From Minisyncoccia bacterium (GTDB lineage Bacteria; Patescibacteriota; Minisyncoccia; SW-4-49-11), in the NCBI GenBank assembly GCA_044341565.1, contig JBIIRM010000003.1, positions 45,187-109,186 on the forward strand: a DNA stretch of 64,000 nt, given 5' to 3'. Numbering within the stretch: the stretch's first letter is position 1; every line of letters begins with the position of its first letter. Both the position numbers and the translations under genes were made by a program. Below, piece by piece: positions 51,241 through 60,992 of this stretch. The notes under the pieces are model-generated. The model was not told where the DNA came from. It worked only from the letters and a program-made list of their open reading frames with translations, and ran no database searches.

Positions 51241-51837
51241 ATGATTGCGAGCTTATCCGGAAAAATTCAATATAAAAATCAGAATAGTCTTATTGTGGAT
51301 GTGAATGGAGTGGGGTATGCTGTATTAGTAAATAGTATTACCTTGAGTTCACTGGGATTAGTAGGGGATGAGGTGTCACTCATTACCTATCTTGATGTTA
51401 AAGAGGATAGTTTAATTTTATTTGGATTTTTGGATATGTTATCATTTGAATTATTTAAGTATTTGATTTCAGTGAATGGAGTGGGGGCAAAAAGTGCCTT
51501 AGCTTTATTAGATCTTGATCAGCCTGAAGCTTTGATGAGAGCTATACAACAAGAAAGAGTCAATATACTCAATCAAGCTTCTGGTATTGGTAAAAAAACA
51601 GCCGAGAGAATTGTATTGGAGCTTCGAGATAAATTAGGTGCTTTAGCTTATATAGATGGGGGAGAGAATATTTCCTCCGATTCAACTCAAGAATATCAAG
51701 GTACTCAAGATGTTTGGGATGCTCTGGAGTCTCTTGGGTATAAGTCAATACAAATTCAGAGAATTATGCCTCAATTAGATTCTAATCTTGAGGTGTCAGA
51801 GCAAATTCGCCAAGCCCTCAAATTATTACAAAAATAA
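51241..51837 (+). CDS. ruvA: Holliday junction branch migration protein
   Basis: VNGVGY, VNGVGAK.A, GIGKKTAERI.LEL. Confidence 0.93.
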   Translation: MIASLSGKIQYKNQNSLIVDVNGVGYAVLVNSITLSSLGLVGDEVSLITYLDVKEDSLILFGFLDMLSFELFKYLISVNGVGAKSALALLDLDQPEALMRAIQQERVNILNQASGIGKKTAERIVLELRDKLGALAYIDGGENISSDSTQEYQGTQDVWDALESLGYKSIQIQRIMPQLDSNLEVSEQIRQALKLLQK

Positions 51838-51847
51838 CAATAATCAT

Positions 51848-52306
51848 ATGAGTATCTCAACTATATATATTGGATCTGATCATAGAGGATTTGAGCTCAA
51901 GCAACATATTATACAGTTTCTAAAGACAAAAGGAATAGAAATTATTGATATTGGGAATACAGTATATGATGAGCATGATGATTATCCTGACTATGCTACT
52001 GAGGTGGCTCGTGAAGTTGCGTCTAATTCAGATTCACTTGGTATTTTAGTTTGTGGAACAGGAGTAGGTGTGAGTATAGTGGCAAATAAAATAAATGGTA
52101 TTAGATCGGCGGTATTGAGTGCTATTGAGACAGTTGCTATAGCCCGAGCACATAATCATATTAATGTATTGGCCCTATCTGCTAATCTTGAAATTGAGCA
52201 AATCCCCGATATAGTAGGAACTTTTATTGATACAGAACCATCTTTAGAAGAGAGGCATATTCGACGTCTGGCTAAAATAACTGAATTAGAACATAATCAA
52301 TTATAA
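51848..52306 (+). CDS. rpiB: ribose-5-phosphate isomerase B
   Basis: GSDHRG, DDYPD, CGTGVG, RH.RR. Confidence 0.92.
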   Translation: MSISTIYIGSDHRGFELKQHIIQFLKTKGIEIIDIGNTVYDEHDDYPDYATEVAREVASNSDSLGILVCGTGVGVSIVANKINGIRSAVLSAIETVAIARAHNHINVLALSANLEIEQIPDIVGTFIDTEPSLEERHIRRLAKITELEHNQL

Positions 52307-52307
52307 T

Positions 52308-54149
52308 ATGGCAAATTCTCCTGAAAAATTAGAAGTATTGTCAGCTCTTGCTCGTTATTGGAGTCTTTATGCAACAACTCAAGCAGGCTCAGGTCATCCG
52401 AGCTCTTCTTTATCAGTAGCTGAATTGGGGGTTGGATTATTTTTTGGGGGAGAATTTCATTATGATATTACAGATTCTAAAAGTCCTTATAATGATAGAT
52501 TTATTTTATCAAAAGGTCATGCAGCACCTTTGCTGTATAGTCTTTGGTTATTAGCGGGAGTTATTACCCCAGAGGAAATACAAGAATTACGCGAATTCGA
52601 CAGTGTATTAGAGGGACATCCGAGTAAACGATTTATTTTTACTGATGCTGCCACAGGTTCTCTCGGGCAAGGCGTAGGTATTGGAATAGGATATGCTCTC
52701 AATGCTAAAAATTTTGATAAAACTAATATATATACCTATGTTTTATTGGGAGACAGTGAACTTGCAGAAGGTTCAATATGGGAAAGCGTTGAGAGTGCAG
52801 CCTATTATCAATTGAATAATCTTATTGCATTAATTGACATTAATCGATTAGGGCAAAGAGGTGAGACTATGCAGGGATATCATATAGATGTATATCGCCA
52901 GCGATTTGAGGCCTTTGGTTGGAATGTCATTGCAATTGATGGACATAATGTCACTGAAGTAGTGTCAGCTTTAACTAATGCCAAAAAATCAGAGAACCCA
53001 ACAGTAATACTGGCTCAAACCATTAAAGGAAAAGGGATATCATTGATAGAGGATAAAGACAATTGGCATGGTAAGGCATTAAGTCAAGAACAATTTGATG
53101 AATATATTCATGAATTAGGGGATATAGATTTGACTTTAAGAGCAGAAATACCAGCCCCCACAATTACCGGAATTACCCCCTATACTCCACCAGCTTTTGA
53201 TGTAAATTCCTATCCCCGCTATGATTTGGATACATTGGTATCTGCCCGTAAAGCTTTTGGAGATGCTCTTGATATTTTGACCCGCAATTATTCAGATATT
53301 ATTGTCTTAGATGCTGAGGTAAGTAATTCTACTTTTGCGAGTCACGCCGACCCAGAACGATTTATAGAGATGTTTATTGCAGAGCAAAATATGATTGAGG
53401 TTGCAATAGGATTGTCTCTGTCTGGTAAAAAACCTTTTGCCTCATCTTTTGCAGGATTTTTAACCAGAGCCTATGATCAAATTCGTATGGCACAATATAA
53501 TAATCCTAATATGGTTATTATAGGTACTCATGCAGGTATATCTATTGGAGCTGATGGACCATCTCAAATGGCACTTAATGATATTGCTTTTTTTAGAGGA
53601 TTATTTGGCTCAATAGTATTATATCCAAGTGATGCGGTATCAGCTCTTAAATTGACTGAACAAGCTTATCTATATCAGGGTCTTAGTTATCTTCGTATAA
53701 CGCGAGCAGATGTCCCAGTATTATACTCTCCAGATGAAACCTTTGTAGTGGGGGGGAGTAAAGTATTACATCAAAGCGAGGCGGATGAATATACATTAAT
53801 TGGAGCTGGAATTACTGTCTATGAATGTTTGAAAGCCTATGATATACTACAATCAAGAGGAGTCAGAGTTCGAGTTATTGACTTATATAGTATAAAACCT
53901 CTTGATACAGCGACTTTACATAGTGCGGCTCGGGAGACCAAAGGATTTATTATTGTAGAAGATCATCATATTTCAGGAGGAATTGCAGAGGCAATACGAT
54001 CTGAGTTAGAAGATATATTAATACCAATACGATCTTTATCAGTACAAGAAATTCCACGTAGTGGTAGGCCAGAAGAATTATTAGCCTTTGAGCAAATTAA
54101 TGTGGATAGTATAATAGGACAAGTAGAAAGTCTAAGACAAGATATATGA
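52308..54149 (+). CDS. tkt: transketolase
   Basis: SGHPSS, SKGHAAP, TGSLGQG, GDSE..EGS.WE, DGPSQM. Confidence 0.92.
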   Translation: MANSPEKLEVLSALARYWSLYATTQAGSGHPSSSLSVAELGVGLFFGGEFHYDITDSKSPYNDRFILSKGHAAPLLYSLWLLAGVITPEEIQELREFDSVLEGHPSKRFIFTDAATGSLGQGVGIGIGYALNAKNFDKTNIYTYVLLGDSELAEGSIWESVESAAYYQLNNLIALIDINRLGQRGETMQGYHIDVYRQRFEAFGWNVIAIDGHNVTEVVSALTNAKKSENPTVILAQTIKGKGISLIEDKDNWHGKALSQEQFDEYIHELGDIDLTLRAEIPAPTITGITPYTPPAFDVNSYPRYDLDTLVSARKAFGDALDILTRNYSDIIVLDAEVSNSTFASHADPERFIEMFIAEQNMIEVAIGLSLSGKKPFASSFAGFLTRAYDQIRMAQYNNPNMVIIGTHAGISIGADGPSQMALNDIAFFRGLFGSIVLYPSDAVSALKLTEQAYLYQGLSYLRITRADVPVLYSPDETFVVGGSKVLHQSEADEYTLIGAGITVYECLKAYDILQSRGVRVRVIDLYSIKPLDTATLHSAARETKGFIIVEDHHISGGIAEAIRSELEDILIPIRSLSVQEIPRSGRPEELLAFEQINVDSIIGQVESLRQDI

Positions 54150-54814
54150 TAGAAGTCAAAAATTTATCAAAAATCTATCAAATGAATGCAGAGAACAAAG
54201 TCTTTGCATTAAATGATATTTCATTTATCGCCGAGACCAAAGAAATGGTGGCTATTATTGGAAGTTCTGGATCTGGAAAATCTACTCTTTTGAATATATT
54301 GGGGGGACTTGATCGTATTTATGAGGGTGAGGTAATTGTAGATAATAAAGATATTAAAGATTATAACCCCAATATATATCGAAGATTTAAAGTTGGGACT
54401 ATTTTTCAGCAATTTAATCTTATATCTGCTTTGAATGTACTGGAGAATATATTGCTTCCAGTCAAATTTGGAAAACAATTATCAGTGAAGGAATCGGAAG
54501 ATAGAGCAAAATATCTATTGGATAAAGTAGGTTTGTTAGATAGATTAAAGCATAAGCCAAGCGAACTATCAGGAGGACAAATGCAAAGAGTAGCTATTGC
54601 CCGAGCTTTGCTTGCGAAGCCAGAAATATTATTAGCTGATGAGCCAACAGGAAATCTGGACTCAGTTACCGGTAAGGAAATAATGCATTTATTATTCGAA
54701 TTAAATGCTGAAGAGAGTATGACTATGTTTCTTGTTACTCATGATTTACATTTGGCTGAGGGAATAGACAGGAAACTATTCTTACGTGATGGTAGAATAG
54801 TAGATAATATATAA
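54146..54814 (+). CDS. ABC transporter ATP-binding protein (LolD/MacB-like)
   Basis: GSSGSGKST, LSGGQMQR, ADEPTGNLD. Confidence 0.92.
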   Translation: MIEVKNLSKIYQMNAENKVFALNDISFIAETKEMVAIIGSSGSGKSTLLNILGGLDRIYEGEVIVDNKDIKDYNPNIYRRFKVGTIFQQFNLISALNVLENILLPVKFGKQLSVKESEDRAKYLLDKVGLLDRLKHKPSELSGGQMQRVAIARALLAKPEILLADEPTGNLDSVTGKEIMHLLFELNAEESMTMFLVTHDLHLAEGIDRKLFLRDGRIVDNI

Positions 54815-54817
54815 TAT

Positions 54818-56098
54818 ATGATTGGATATGCCATTAGTTTAGTCACAAGACGAAAATTAAGAACAATATTAACGAGTTTAGGTATTACTATTGCAGTCAT
54901 TCTATTATCTTTGATTATTTTTGGAATGCAGGATCTTAAAAAATTATTAGTGAGTGCCATTCAGACACAATTCAAATCAAATGAAATATTTATTTCTAAT
55001 TCCGGGGGAGCTGGAGCTTTTGCGCCTCCATCAGCTGAAGAAACTGATGCGAATGAAACTACGCTTATTACTCAAGATGTGGTGAATAATATTAAAAAAA
55101 TAGAAGGGGTAGACAATACAGTACCTGTTACTATTGTGAATAATCTTGAGATTAAAGTAGACGGTAAAGATAAAGCCTATAGCCCAGCTTTTATATCGGG
55201 ATGGGATATAAAGGGAGATGACACCTATTTTACTGATTTCTGGGGTGATAAAAGTAAGCCAGAAGGAAATAGTATTTTTGTTTCAAAATCAGTAGCTGAA
55301 TTCTATGATATTAAACCAGAAGAATTAATAGGAAAAAAAGTAAGTTTTATTACCTCAAAAAGTGCTTTATTTGGCACAGTAAAGACAAAAGAAATTCTTG
55401 ATAAAAAATTTGACTATACTATTAAAGGAGTATTTGATCCAGGGTCTGATCGTAATGATGCTATTGTTTCCCTTGATACTTCTGTCGCAATTCTCACCGA
55501 TATTGGGGGATTTGATTCTAAAGATGAATATATTTCATCAGTAGGATATGATTTACTTCGAGTAACAGGGGATGAGGCTAATATTAAAGGTATTAAACAG
55601 GAAATAAAAGATACATATAATTTTAAAGGAATATTTACCGCAGATGATGTATTAGGATTCTTGAATCAAATTATTCAGGCCTTTACTATTGCTCTTATAG
55701 CATTTGGTACCATATCAGCAGTGATTGCAGCCATTGGAATTACCAATACTATGGTAATGAGTATTTATGAGCAAACCAAAGAAATTGGTATATTAAAGGC
55801 AATGGGGGCATCCAATGGACAGATTTTAGGAGTATTCTTGATACAATCAGCTTTAATAGGATTATTAGGAGGTATAGTTGGGTTACTCGTAGTAATTGCA
55901 AGTATGCAAGTTGGTAATATATTTATTGTAAAACAATTGAATGATATTGGTTTTGAGGTTGATACATTTTTCCATTTTAATCTTGGCTCAACTCTAATAA
56001 TTGTTGCAATTAGTATCGCTATTGGAATATTAGCAGGAATTTATCCGGCTCTTAAGGCTGCTACACTCAATCCAGTAAAAGCTTTAAGATCAGAATAA
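54818..56098 (+). CDS. ABC transporter permease (MacB/FtsX-like)
   Basis: R..LT.LGI.I, GI.NTM.MS..E.T.EIGI.KA.GA, LNPV.ALR.E. Confidence 0.9.
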   Translation: MIGYAISLVTRRKLRTILTSLGITIAVILLSLIIFGMQDLKKLLVSAIQTQFKSNEIFISNSGGAGAFAPPSAEETDANETTLITQDVVNNIKKIEGVDNTVPVTIVNNLEIKVDGKDKAYSPAFISGWDIKGDDTYFTDFWGDKSKPEGNSIFVSKSVAEFYDIKPEELIGKKVSFITSKSALFGTVKTKEILDKKFDYTIKGVFDPGSDRNDAIVSLDTSVAILTDIGGFDSKDEYISSVGYDLLRVTGDEANIKGIKQEIKDTYNFKGIFTADDVLGFLNQIIQAFTIALIAFGTISAVIAAIGITNTMVMSIYEQTKEIGILKAMGASNGQILGVFLIQSALIGLLGGIVGLLVVIASMQVGNIFIVKQLNDIGFEVDTFFHFNLGSTLIIVAISIAIGILAGIYPALKAATLNPVKALRSE

Positions 56099-56139
56099 TT
56101 ATACAAAGATCAAAAATAGGGTATAATAGAAAAGAGAAA

Positions 56140-57387
56140 ATGAAAAAAATGCAAAAAAAAGGATTTACATTATTAGAGGTATTACTGGTTATCGCTTTAA
56201 TAGGGATATTATTGACTATTATATTGGTAGTCCTCAATCCAAGGGAGCGTTTTGCTGTAGCTCGTAATGATGTTAGGAAATCTGATATACAAAAATTAGA
56301 AGGAGCTCTTACCCAATATCGCCTACAAGAGGGTTCATATCCAGCTGGACTTACTTCAACCTTACAAGAAATTTGTGACCCAGATATTAGTAATCCTTCC
56401 GTAAATTGTGGTAGCTATATTAACTTATCATCTCTTGTCCCAACTTATATTCAATCAATACCACAAGATCCCCAAGACACTGATTCAACAGGAGGTTCTG
56501 GATATCAAGTTGCGGTAGATGTGACACGAAATGTAGTAGCACTAAAAGCAATACAGGCAGAATCCTCAGCTACAATATCTATTAATAACCCCTTATCATC
56601 GGCTCTATCAAGTACAGCGGTGAATACACCCCTTGCAGCAAGTAACCCTCCCATAACTAGTCAAACTCCACCTTTAGTACCTAATACAGGAGATGTATCG
56701 CTACTGCTCCACGCGGATGGCAGTTTTGCAGACAGTAGTCCTAATAATTTTGTTCCGATGAGTACCGGAGGGAGTGGCGGGGGTGTGCAAATTAGCACTA
56801 CTCAGAGCAAGTTTGGTGGTTCAAGCCTATTCTTCCCAGATGTGGACATAAACAATGCCCCCTATCCCGCGTTGTCATATTGGACACCTGAGTCTGGTGG
56901 ATATAATTATTTCCCTGAGTTTAGCCTAGGAAATACTTATACAATTGAAGCATGGGTCTACGCAATTACACCCAGGGGAGGAATAGTTGAGAGGCTTGCT
57001 GGAGCTTTTTCACAGGAATATGGGTACTCTATGACGTTTGAAGGAACACGAATAAAATGTTACTTTTACGGAACCTTCGACGGTTCAGGATTTCAACAGT
57101 ATATCTTAGCTCCTTCTGCGTTTCCCACCTCAACCTGGGTTCATGTAGCAATGGTTCGTAGTGGAACAAACGGAGCCTTATACATTAACGGTGAGTCAGT
57201 TGGTACTATAAATAATCTTAACACTCCGCAAGGAAGTGTCAAGCCGGTTCTTATAGGTTCAAAAAGTGTTGGAAGCGGAGGAAATTATAACACTATCTTC
57301 TTCAACGGTTACATAGATGATCTACGTATCACTAAAGGAGTTGCCATATACACCTCTAACTTCACCCCACCTACTTCAGCTTTTTGA
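56140..57387 (+). CDS. type IV prepilin fused to LamG/ConA-like lectin domain
   Basis: KKGFTLLEVLLV; VSLLLH.DG, SKFGGSS, TIEAWV, W.HVA.VR, GYIDDLRITKG. Confidence 0.88.
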   Translation: MKKMQKKGFTLLEVLLVIALIGILLTIILVVLNPRERFAVARNDVRKSDIQKLEGALTQYRLQEGSYPAGLTSTLQEICDPDISNPSVNCGSYINLSSLVPTYIQSIPQDPQDTDSTGGSGYQVAVDVTRNVVALKAIQAESSATISINNPLSSALSSTAVNTPLAASNPPITSQTPPLVPNTGDVSLLLHADGSFADSSPNNFVPMSTGGSGGGVQISTTQSKFGGSSLFFPDVDINNAPYPALSYWTPESGGYNYFPEFSLGNTYTIEAWVYAITPRGGIVERLAGAFSQEYGYSMTFEGTRIKCYFYGTFDGSGFQQYILAPSAFPTSTWVHVAMVRSGTNGALYINGESVGTINNLNTPQGSVKPVLIGSKSVGSGGNYNTIFFNGYIDDLRITKGVAIYTSNFTPPTSAF

Positions 57388-57460
57388 TGGGTTATATGTG
57401 ACCACTTTTTCTGTTGATTAAATAATTATTATTACCGCTAGAGTAGTATATTGATCAGAG

Positions 57461-57633
57461 GTGATGGGTCTCGAGATAATACCTTTAATATCGGGGCAGG
57501 ATTTATGAGTACTGCTCAGACTATTATACAACAAAATGATGGGAACTTCGTTATAGGTAGCTATTTTGATACTTATCAAGGAGTAGCAGCTTATATAGCT
57601 CGTCTTAATACTGATGGAAGTAGAGCTCAGTAA
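57461..57633 (+). pseudogene. orphan C-terminal delta-60 repeat remnant
   Basis: DGSRDNTFNIG.GF...YQGVAAYIARLNTDGSRAQ* matches the end of the 41261-43654 protein. Confidence 0.85.
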
Positions 57634-57695
57634 TACATTACCCTATCTTTTTTATCATAAATATTCTATACTAGGTCTAAGATAATGTATTATAT

Positions 57696-58358
57696 ATGAG
57701 TATTATAGTCCCTGCGATATTGGCAAGTACCAAACAAGAATTCAGAGAATATCTATCTCAAATTAAATCTGTAGCTCATAATATTCAAATAGATATTATG
57801 GATGGTGAATTTGTGGAGAGTAAATCTTTATTCCCGAGAGAGTTTTTCTATGAAGATTTTGGAAGTCTCAAAGTGGAAATTCATATTATGGCTACTTTCA
57901 AAAATACCCAAGATATTATTGAAAGCCTAAAATCATTTGCTCCTCTTACTCGTATTATTGTACATCAAGAAAGTTGTGAAAATCTTGAGCAATTGCGTCA
58001 ATTAGTAAATCAAGTAAAGGGTATTAATAAAGAGATCTCTATTGCAATTAACCCCGATACTGATATACGAGATATTGGTAAAGTAGTAAAGAAAATTGAA
58101 GGAGTACAATTCATGGGTGTTAATCCCGGATTTTATGGAGCAGCATTGCAAGAAAAGGTTTATAATAAAGTAACTGAATTCAAAGAGCGTTATACTATGT
58201 ATGAGGGAGATATAGCTTGGGATGGGGGAGTTAATAAAGACAATATTAAGACTATTCAAGATTTAGGTGTGAATCGTATTGCTATTGGAAGTGTTATATT
58301 CAAATCAGATAATCCAGCTCAAAGTTATCAGGAATTAATTATTCTATTAAAGGCATAA
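57696..58358 (+). CDS. rpe: ribulose-phosphate 3-epimerase
   Basis: QIDIMDG.FV, EIHIM, MGVNPGF.G, DGGV. Confidence 0.9.
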   Translation: MSIIVPAILASTKQEFREYLSQIKSVAHNIQIDIMDGEFVESKSLFPREFFYEDFGSLKVEIHIMATFKNTQDIIESLKSFAPLTRIIVHQESCENLEQLRQLVNQVKGINKEISIAINPDTDIRDIGKVVKKIEGVQFMGVNPGFYGAALQEKVYNKVTEFKERYTMYEGDIAWDGGVNKDNIKTIQDLGVNRIAIGSVIFKSDNPAQSYQELIILLKA

Positions 58359-58369
58359 TTGAGACAATT

Positions 58370-59665
58370 ATGGCAAATTCACTTATATCAAAACTAAAAT
58401 CATATTATCATATTGGGATTACCTATGGAGCTCATATTATAACGGGTCGCCCAAGTGAATCAATGATAGTAATAGGAATTACGGGAACTAAGGGTAAGAC
58501 GAGTACTGTCTATGCTCTCTATCAAGTGCTTATCAAATTAGGGCTTAAGGTGGGATTGTCCTCTTCCGTATATACCAGTAATGGTAAAGAATTAATCAAA
58601 AATCCTATTCGCAATTCCATGCCAGGAAGAGGCCGAATTCATCAATTAATGAGAGAATCTCAACAAAATGGGGCGACTGTATTCATTGTAGAGGTTACTA
58701 GTGAGGGATTGGCTCAAAATCGTCATCTTGGTATTCATTTTGACTCTGTTGTAATTACCAATTTATATCCAGAGCATTTGGAAGCTCATGGAGGTTTTGA
58801 GAATTATAAAAGAGCTAAAGGAATATTATTCAACGTTTTTGATACAGCTAAGACTAAAACTGTTCAAGGCAAAGTCATTCAGCCTATATCTTGGGTGAAT
58901 CAAGATGATGAACATCAAGAATATTATCGCAACTTAACACAAAAAACAGTATATTCAATTGGGAAATCAGATAAGGCTCGTATACAAATGAAATCGATTG
59001 AATCAGATGAAAATGGATTGGTATTCACCTATACTGATAAAAATCTTAATACATCCTATCAAGTTACAACCCCAGTTCTAGGAGAATTTATGGGATATAA
59101 TCTGTTATTTGTAATTGGTATAGCTCATTGGTTAGGTTTTGAATATGAAGCTATTAACAAAACTCTAGCTACATTAAATGATATTCCGGGGCGTATGAAT
59201 AAAATTGCTACAAATCCAACAATTTTTGTTGATTATGCCCATATTCCAGAAGCTTTAGAAAAAGTATATCAAACTATTAATTTAAGTTTTAAGGGTAAGG
59301 GAAAAACTATTGCCATATTAGGTTCTTGTGGTGGGGGAAGAGATACTTGGAAGCGATTCCCAATGGGAAAAATTGCAGCCCAGATGAATGATTATGTTAT
59401 TGTAACAGATGAAGATCCCTATGATGAAAATCCGCAGTCTATTATTGATGAGGTATTCTCAGGGGTACTTGAGTCAGGAAAAATTGAGAATACGAATGCC
59501 TGGAAAGTATTATCTCGCCGAGATGCTATTATAAAAGCACTTGCTTTAGCTGAGAGAGAAGATGTGATTATTGTAACAGGGAAGGGGAGTGAAACTAGTA
59601 TTATGAGAGCCAAGGGAGAAAAAGAAAATTGGAATGATACCGAGGTTATTTTAAGCTTATTATGA
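58370..59665 (+). CDS. murE: UDP-MurNAc-tripeptide synthetase (Mur ligase)
   Basis: GITGTKGKTS, EVTSEG, EHLE.HG, DYAH, GGGRD..KR, GKG.E. Confidence 0.85.
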   Translation: MANSLISKLKSYYHIGITYGAHIITGRPSESMIVIGITGTKGKTSTVYALYQVLIKLGLKVGLSSSVYTSNGKELIKNPIRNSMPGRGRIHQLMRESQQNGATVFIVEVTSEGLAQNRHLGIHFDSVVITNLYPEHLEAHGGFENYKRAKGILFNVFDTAKTKTVQGKVIQPISWVNQDDEHQEYYRNLTQKTVYSIGKSDKARIQMKSIESDENGLVFTYTDKNLNTSYQVTTPVLGEFMGYNLLFVIGIAHWLGFEYEAINKTLATLNDIPGRMNKIATNPTIFVDYAHIPEALEKVYQTINLSFKGKGKTIAILGSCGGGRDTWKRFPMGKIAAQMNDYVIVTDEDPYDENPQSIIDEVFSGVLESGKIENTNAWKVLSRRDAIIKALALAEREDVIIVTGKGSETSIMRAKGEKENWNDTEVILSLL

Positions 59666-59717
59666 ACATAAAATAATCATATGGTATACTAAAAAATAAG
59701 TAACCAATATATATAGT

Positions 59718-60983
59718 ATGCAAAATAAAAAAGAAAAAGGCTTTACATTATTGGAGATATTACTAGTAATAGCAGTAATAGGAATATTAGCAGCTATAGT
59801 ATTAATTGCTATTAATCCTAATAAACAAATAGTGCAAGCTCGTAATACTGCTAGGAAAGTTGATATTAATACATTAGAAAAAGCCTTAAGACAATATTCT
59901 ATAGATAATGCAGGTCAGCTCCCAAATGTAATACTGAATCAATATAAAGTAATTTGTAGACAAGGTATTACTGATCCTTCTTGTATTAATCTTGATGTTT
60001 TGGTACCCACATATATTGCGGCTATTCCTCGGGATACACAATCAAATACTATTAATACAGGATATTCGGTAGCAGTAAATCCCAATAATACGAATGTTTC
60101 TATTGTTGCAAATTTAGCTGAACAGTTTGTAGAAATTTCAATTAATAAATTTAATGAAGGAAGTGGCGCTTCGGCTTTATTAGCAGCTAATTCTTGTCAA
60201 TCTATTTTGTCTTCTGGATACTCAACTGGAAATGGAGTATATTGGATTAATTTACCTACTTCAGGTGCTACACAGATATATTGTCTTATGGATACATTAT
60301 TTGATGGTGGTGGCTGGATGTTGGCTATGAAAGCTACTCGCGGCACTACATTTAATTATGACTCTGCTCATTGGACTACAACAACAACATTAAATCCCAC
60401 CGATCTAACGAGAAACGATGCGGATGCTAAGTATCATACTATGAACTATTACCCCACCAGGGATTTAATGGCCGTGTGGCCAGATATCCCAACAGCTGGA
60501 GGAAGTATTCCTAATACTGGAAGCTGGACTTGGTTGGAAAAGAATTTTTACAATGGTGGTAATCGAACTACTCCTATAAATTTCTTTAGCACAATGGGAA
60601 CATATAATAATGGCGGAACACCTAGTACGGGTGATTATGGCGGCTATTTTATTAAAGACGCTAAGACATTTAGTGGCTGGGCAAATGGTGTGTTTTCGAG
60701 CCAGGTAGATATTAGATTTTATGGATTCAACTTTATCAATCATCCTAATTATGGATTTAATGGTAGAGTCCGTTGGGGATTTGGATGGAATGAGAATGGT
60801 GAGGGACTATATACTAGTCCTGCTACACTAGCCACCGGCTGGGCACCTGGGTCGGATGACGTAAGTGGTGGTATAGGTATGGCAAGTCAATTTGGTAGTT
60901 ATTCAGCTGGAGATATAATTAACTGCTGTCAAGATAATACAGGTATAAACCGATCCGCTAGAGTTGAATTATATATTAGATAA
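59718..60983 (+). CDS. type IV prepilin fused to fibrinogen-C-like domain
   Basis: KGFTLLEILLV; ANSC..I...NGVYWI...YCLM...GGGWML. Confidence 0.85.
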   Translation: MQNKKEKGFTLLEILLVIAVIGILAAIVLIAINPNKQIVQARNTARKVDINTLEKALRQYSIDNAGQLPNVILNQYKVICRQGITDPSCINLDVLVPTYIAAIPRDTQSNTINTGYSVAVNPNNTNVSIVANLAEQFVEISINKFNEGSGASALLAANSCQSILSSGYSTGNGVYWINLPTSGATQIYCLMDTLFDGGGWMLAMKATRGTTFNYDSAHWTTTTTLNPTDLTRNDADAKYHTMNYYPTRDLMAVWPDIPTAGGSIPNTGSWTWLEKNFYNGGNRTTPINFFSTMGTYNNGGTPSTGDYGGYFIKDAKTFSGWANGVFSSQVDIRFYGFNFINHPNYGFNGRVRWGFGWNENGEGLYTSPATLATGWAPGSDDVSGGIGMASQFGSYSAGDIINCCQDNTGINRSARVELYIR

Positions 60984-60992
60984 CAAAATTAT

